Shown here piece by piece: positions 49,835 to 53,453 of a DNA stretch of 53,453 nucleotides. The notes under the pieces are model-generated. The model saw nothing but the letters and a program-made list of their open reading frames with translations, was not told the DNA's origin and ran no database searches. This DNA is from Bacteroidales bacterium (GTDB lineage: Bacteria; Bacteroidota; Bacteroidia; Bacteroidales; UBA7960), in the NCBI GenBank assembly GCA_003559475.1, contig PWLF01000193.1, forward strand, positions 1 to 53,453. Reading direction: 5' to 3'. Each line of letters opens with the position of its first letter. Positions within the stretch are counted from its first letter, which is position 1. A program made the position numbers and the translations under genes.

Positions 49835-50006
49835 CTATTGTCTGGTTAAAATTTCGAGATTTCTCTCTAGCGGTCGAAATGACGGTTTAATTAGCATAAC
49901 AGGGGAGGATGGGGTTAGTTGCGGCTTCGCCGCCACTAACCCCATCCTTAACGTCGCAAATAGTGGTCATCCTATATTTGCAAAATGTTATTTTTGTCGG
50001 ACATTG
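49835..50006. repeat. REP/MITE-like palindromic element
   Basis: GC-richer patch with GAGATTTCTCTCTAGCGGTCGAAATGAC, hairpin AGGATGGGGTTAGTTGCGGC-TTC-GCCGCCACTAACCCCATCCT (49906-49948) and weak terminal inverted ends ATTGTCTG/CGGACATT. Confidence 0.7.
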
Positions 50007-50027
50007 CTGATTTTAAAATTTAATATT

Positions 50028-51317
50028 ATGCTTAATTACTTTAATATTAATAAAAGGTGTTTGCCTAACGGGGCTTTAGTTTTAAAGCTGTTTTTGATTT
50101 TAATTGTAATGAATAGTTGTAAATCAATTACTCGTATCTCAGACAGAAATTTAAAGTTTTTATATTACCATGAAGAAAACATAATAGGAGCTGATTTTTT
50201 GGTGTTTCATAAATCTTTTGATAAAAGTTCTTTGTATTACAGAATAAATAGAAGCAGTTTGGAGTACCGCAAATCTTCAGAAGAAGAGCCTTTTGTCGCA
50301 TCTGTAAACTTAAGTTATGAAATATTCGATTCATATTCAAGTAATGAACTCGTAGATAGCTTAAGTATTACTGTTTTTGATACTTTGGATAACGATAAAA
50401 ACGCTCATGATGCTTATATTAAAGATTTTATAGCACTCAATATTCCTTCAGGGACTAATTATGTTATGAAAATTGACCTGCAGGATGTAAACAATAAAGA
50501 AACTCGAAAAAAAGCTATTATTGATGTAAATAAAACCGAAGATGACAATTCTCAATACTTTAAATTGTATTATGAAGAAGATTCTTTGATTTTTCCACCC
50601 AATTTTTTAAAAAAAGGTAATTACACTTTAAAATATAAGCATGAAATATCTGAAATATATGAAGTGAGTATTTTTAAAGATAGAAAAGAAATTGCTTTAC
50701 CGCCTTTTTCGGAGAAAGGTATTGATATAAAAGATATTACTCATGATGCTGTTTTTCAGTTAGATTTTGAAAAAGGGATAGCATCATTGCAAATAGAAGT
50801 TGATGGAATTTACAGAGTGTCAAATGAGGATAATGCAGGCTTTTATGTTTATAATTTTTATGATGGTTATCCTGCAATTGTTGATGATTATCAAATGCTG
50901 TTACCTCTAAGGTACCTCTCAACCGGTAAGGAGTTTGAAAAACTGCTTGATTATGATGATGCAGCTGTTGCTGTTGATGTTTTTTGGACAGAAATGGCAG
51001 GAACGCCTTTAAGAGGTCGCAAAAAGGTTGATAGATTTTATGATAATATTGAAAAATCAAATAAGCTTTTTACAACATGGAAAGAAGGATGGAAAACAGA
51101 CAGGGGTATGATATATTCTGTTTTTGGAAGTCCTGACCATATTATTAAAAATGATGAATCTGAAAGATGGATATATCACGGAGGATGGGAAATTCCAAGA
51201 ACAGAATTTACTTTTATCAAAACGGAAATAATGTCGGGGATGCATTGCTTTGTATTAGACAGAAAACCTGAGTATAGTGATATTTGGTTTAGAATGGTTG
51301 ATAATATTAGAAATTGA
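50028..51317 (+). CDS. GWxTD domain-containing putative lipoprotein
   Basis: EGWKTDRGMIYSVFGSPD and ERWIY; lipobox-like MNSC; start reassigned to ATG 50028 because the upstream extension translates the repeat element. Confidence 0.85.
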   Translation: MLNYFNINKRCLPNGALVLKLFLILIVMNSCKSITRISDRNLKFLYYHEENIIGADFLVFHKSFDKSSLYYRINRSSLEYRKSSEEEPFVASVNLSYEIFDSYSSNELVDSLSITVFDTLDNDKNAHDAYIKDFIALNIPSGTNYVMKIDLQDVNNKETRKKAIIDVNKTEDDNSQYFKLYYEEDSLIFPPNFLKKGNYTLKYKHEISEIYEVSIFKDRKEIALPPFSEKGIDIKDITHDAVFQLDFEKGIASLQIEVDGIYRVSNEDNAGFYVYNFYDGYPAIVDDYQMLLPLRYLSTGKEFEKLLDYDDAAVAVDVFWTEMAGTPLRGRKKVDRFYDNIEKSNKLFTTWKEGWKTDRGMIYSVFGSPDHIIKNDESERWIYHGGWEIPRTEFTFIKTEIMSGMHCFVLDRKPEYSDIWFRMVDNIRN

Positions 51318-51395
51318 GATTAGTTAAAAATACGGGTTTGTTAAAATAGGAATAAAACAATTGATTGATTATTTAATATTTTTAAATTTATTATT

Positions 51396-52130
51396 TTGGA
51401 AAATATAATTTATGGAATAAGGCCGGTTATAGAGGCTTTAAAAGAAGGAAGAAATACTGACAAGATTCTTATCCAAAAAGGTCTTACCGGAGATAATTAC
51501 GGCAGGCTTTTTAAGTATATAAGGGATAAAAACATTCACCATCAGTTGGTTCCTGCTGAAAAACTAAATAAAATAACAAAAAATAACCACCAGGGAGTAA
51601 TAGCTTATATCGCTCAGATAGATTATTGGAAGGTAGAAGATGTAATAACTAAAGCCTGGGATAGCGGAGAAACCCCCTTGCTGGTAATTCTTGATGGGAT
51701 TACCGATGTGCGTAATTTTGGAGCAATTGCACGAACGGTAGAATGTGCAGGAGCGCATGGTATTATAATACCAGCTAAAGGAAGTGTGACTGTAAATGAT
51801 GTTAGTGTTAAAACATCTGCAGGTGCGCTAAACAGAGTGCCTGTTTGTAAAGAAGATAACTTGCTGGAAACAATATCTTTTATAAAAGAATGTGGTCTAA
51901 AAGTTGTCGCAACATCAGAGAGAAGTAATAATGATATTTATAATTCTGAATTAAAAGAACCTATGGCTGTTATATTTGGCTCTGAAGATAGGGGAGTATC
52001 AAAAGCCTGCTTGAAACTGGCTGATAAATCAGTCTTTGTGCCTATGAGCGGGGAAACAGGATCTTTAAATGTCTCTGTTGCCACTGGCGTTGTTTTATTT
52101 GAAATAAACAGACAAAGAAAATATAAGTGA
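51396..52130 (+). CDS. rlmB: 23S rRNA (Gm2251) 2'-O-methyltransferase, TrmH/SpoU family
   Basis: HQGVIA, LDGITDVRNFGAIART, GSEDRGV, SLNVSVA; TTG start. Confidence 0.93.
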   Translation: MENIIYGIRPVIEALKEGRNTDKILIQKGLTGDNYGRLFKYIRDKNIHHQLVPAEKLNKITKNNHQGVIAYIAQIDYWKVEDVITKAWDSGETPLLVILDGITDVRNFGAIARTVECAGAHGIIIPAKGSVTVNDVSVKTSAGALNRVPVCKEDNLLETISFIKECGLKVVATSERSNNDIYNSELKEPMAVIFGSEDRGVSKACLKLADKSVFVPMSGETGSLNVSVATGVVLFEINRQRKYK

Positions 52131-52175
52131 TTATTTGTAAAGAATGTTTTTAATATTTTTTAAAAAAAGTGTAAA

Positions 52176-52901
52176 GTGAAAATTAATGAAGTTGACATAT
52201 TTATTCCTTGTTTTATTGATCAACTATATCCTGAAACCGGGGCAAATATGGTTAAAGTACTCGAAAAAGCCGGCGTTTCGGTAACTTATAATCCGAAACA
52301 AACATGCTGTGGTCAAGTAGCTTTTAATTCAGGATATTGGAAAGAAGCCCGCTGTGTGGCTGAAAAATTTATAAAAGATTTTGAAGGGAAATCTATTATT
52401 GTTACCCCTTCAGCATCTTGTGCAAGTATGGTTAAAAACTACTATAACGAACTGTTTGAAAATTCATCTTTTCATCACTCAAGCCAGCAAATAGGCGAAA
52501 ACTTGTATGAGTTTACGGACTTTATGGTAAATGTACTTCAGATAGATGATATAAAATCGGTTTTCAATACTAAAGCTACAATACATGATGCTTGTACTGC
52601 TATAAGAGAGTATGGGCTTAAAGACGAACTTAGAAAACTGCTTGCTAATGTGAAGGGTTTAGAGATTGTAGAAATGAAAGACAGTGATGTATGTTGTGGG
52701 TTTGGAGGTACCTTTTCTGTAAAAAATGAACCAATATCTGTTGCAATGACTCAACAAAAGGTTGAAAATGCAATAAACTCAGGTGCTGATGTTATAATAT
52801 CAACAGAGCAGTCTTGCCTTATGAATATTGAGAGTTATATTAAGCATAATAACCTCCCAATAAAAACCATGCACATTGTTGATGTTTTAGCGCGGTTTTA
52901 A
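52176..52901 (+). CDS. CCG-domain Fe-S protein (LutA/YkgE-like)
   Basis: FIPCFID, QTCCGQ, SASC, HDAC, CCGFGGTFSVK; GTG start. Confidence 0.9.
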   Translation: MKINEVDIFIPCFIDQLYPETGANMVKVLEKAGVSVTYNPKQTCCGQVAFNSGYWKEARCVAEKFIKDFEGKSIIVTPSASCASMVKNYYNELFENSSFHHSSQQIGENLYEFTDFMVNVLQIDDIKSVFNTKATIHDACTAIREYGLKDELRKLLANVKGLEIVEMKDSDVCCGFGGTFSVKNEPISVAMTQQKVENAINSGADVIISTEQSCLMNIESYIKHNNLPIKTMHIVDVLARF

Positions 52902-52928
52902 TTAAAAAAATAGTTTTTATAGAATTAA

Positions 52929-52958
52929 ATATGTCCTGATTCAGGAATCAGGACATAT
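52929..52958. terminator. Perfect 14-bp inverted repeat after the CCG gene (terminator or stabilising hairpin)
   Basis: ATATGTCCTGATTC-AG-GAATCAGGACATAT; no clear U tract. Confidence 0.55.
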
Positions 52959-53053
52959 CAATTAGTAAACTAAAATTCTGGTTATCAGTTTAATTAGTTA
53001 TATTTTGTTAGTATTTAAAAAATATTAAATATTAAACTATATTATTTTTTTTA

Positions 53054-53061
53054 TATATTTG
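53054..53061 (+). promoter_or_regulatory. Putative -7 promoter element for the final partial ORF
   Basis: TATATTTG, 59 nt upstream of ATG 53121. Confidence 0.4.
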
Positions 53062-53120
53062 AAGAATTAAATGATTTAATATCAAACAAAAACTATTATA
53101 AACAAAAATTAGATATAATT

Positions 53121-53453
53121 ATGCTTAAGAAAACTTTTACTTCGATTGTTTTAACGCTTGCTTTTATCTTTTCCGGTTATGCGCAAGTTTCAATAGGTCC
53201 TGATGGACAAGAAGCCCATGAATCAGCGATATTAGAATTAATATCCGGAGAAAAAGGATTTTTGATGACCAGAATTGCTGGTAACGACCAGATTGATAAT
53301 CCTGCAGAGGCACTAATAATTTATAACACTAACACAAACTGTTTTGAAATCTATCTCGAAGCCGAATGGCATGAGATATGGTGTTATGGAGGATGCATTG
53401 AATCTACAGACCCAACTGAAATTACCGGAGACGATCAAATTTGTGATGGTAGT
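53121..53453 (+). CDS. Partial secreted surface protein (runs off the window; absent from the ORF track)
   Basis: Open frame MLKKTFTSIVLTLAFIFSGYA|QVSIGPDGQEAHESAILELISGEKGFLMTR...IIYNTNTNCFEIY...W; a Bacteroidota SAIL..S..KG.L..R N-terminal module. Confidence 0.8.
   Translation, partial: MLKKTFTSIVLTLAFIFSGYAQVSIGPDGQEAHESAILELISGEKGFLMTRIAGNDQIDNPAEALIIYNTNTNCFEIYLEAEWHEIWCYGGCIESTDPTEITGDDQICDGS

Noticed and set aside
49860-49950. tRNA gene or choline/betaine riboswitch
   Set aside because: No cloverleaf or T-loop consensus, and no riboswitch consensus that I recognise.
49812-50027. 72-aa N-terminal extension of the GWxTD protein
   Set aside because: It translates the palindromic element from a TTG, whereas the signal peptide and promoter motif fit ATG 50028.
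752-51758. Numerous 60-130-aa antisense or off-frame ORFs in the track (e.g. 752-1015, 9405-9791, 27428-27802, 48765-49082)
   Set aside because: They overlap well-supported genes and have no recognisable motifs, so they are treated as shadow ORFs.

Overview
AT-rich chromosomal segment from a Bacteroidota (Bacteroidales-like) bacterium. The assignment rests on T9SS cargo proteins, TAnnTTTG promoter motifs, near-absence of Shine-Dalgarno sites, and GWxTD, DUF5687-like and AmgK-RapZ-type genes. Housekeeping genes (def, ruvX, mutS, uvrA, aspS, ABC-F, recA, amgK/murU-like, rlmB) alternate with accessory cell-surface loci. Main points: (1) uvrA is broken by a single in-frame TGA in the second Walker A motif. 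(2) A three-gene surface-fibre operon encodes a tiny T9SS cargo, a phage-tail-fibre-like protein with an S74 chaperone and 123-bp tandem repeats, and a 9xFN3-FISUMP protein with an internal CTD-like domain. (3) A 2429-aa T9SS protein carries five ALK/LTK-like glycine-rich domains, each apparently inserted into an Ig-like module. (4) A small pair encodes an exported superoxide-reductase-like protein and a 2-TM di-His membrane protein. (5) An orphan five-repeat lipoprotein and two palindromic REP/MITE-like intergenic elements are present. I recognised no tRNA, rRNA, CRISPR array, transposase, integrase or reverse transcriptase. All calls are by motif recognition; no searches were run.
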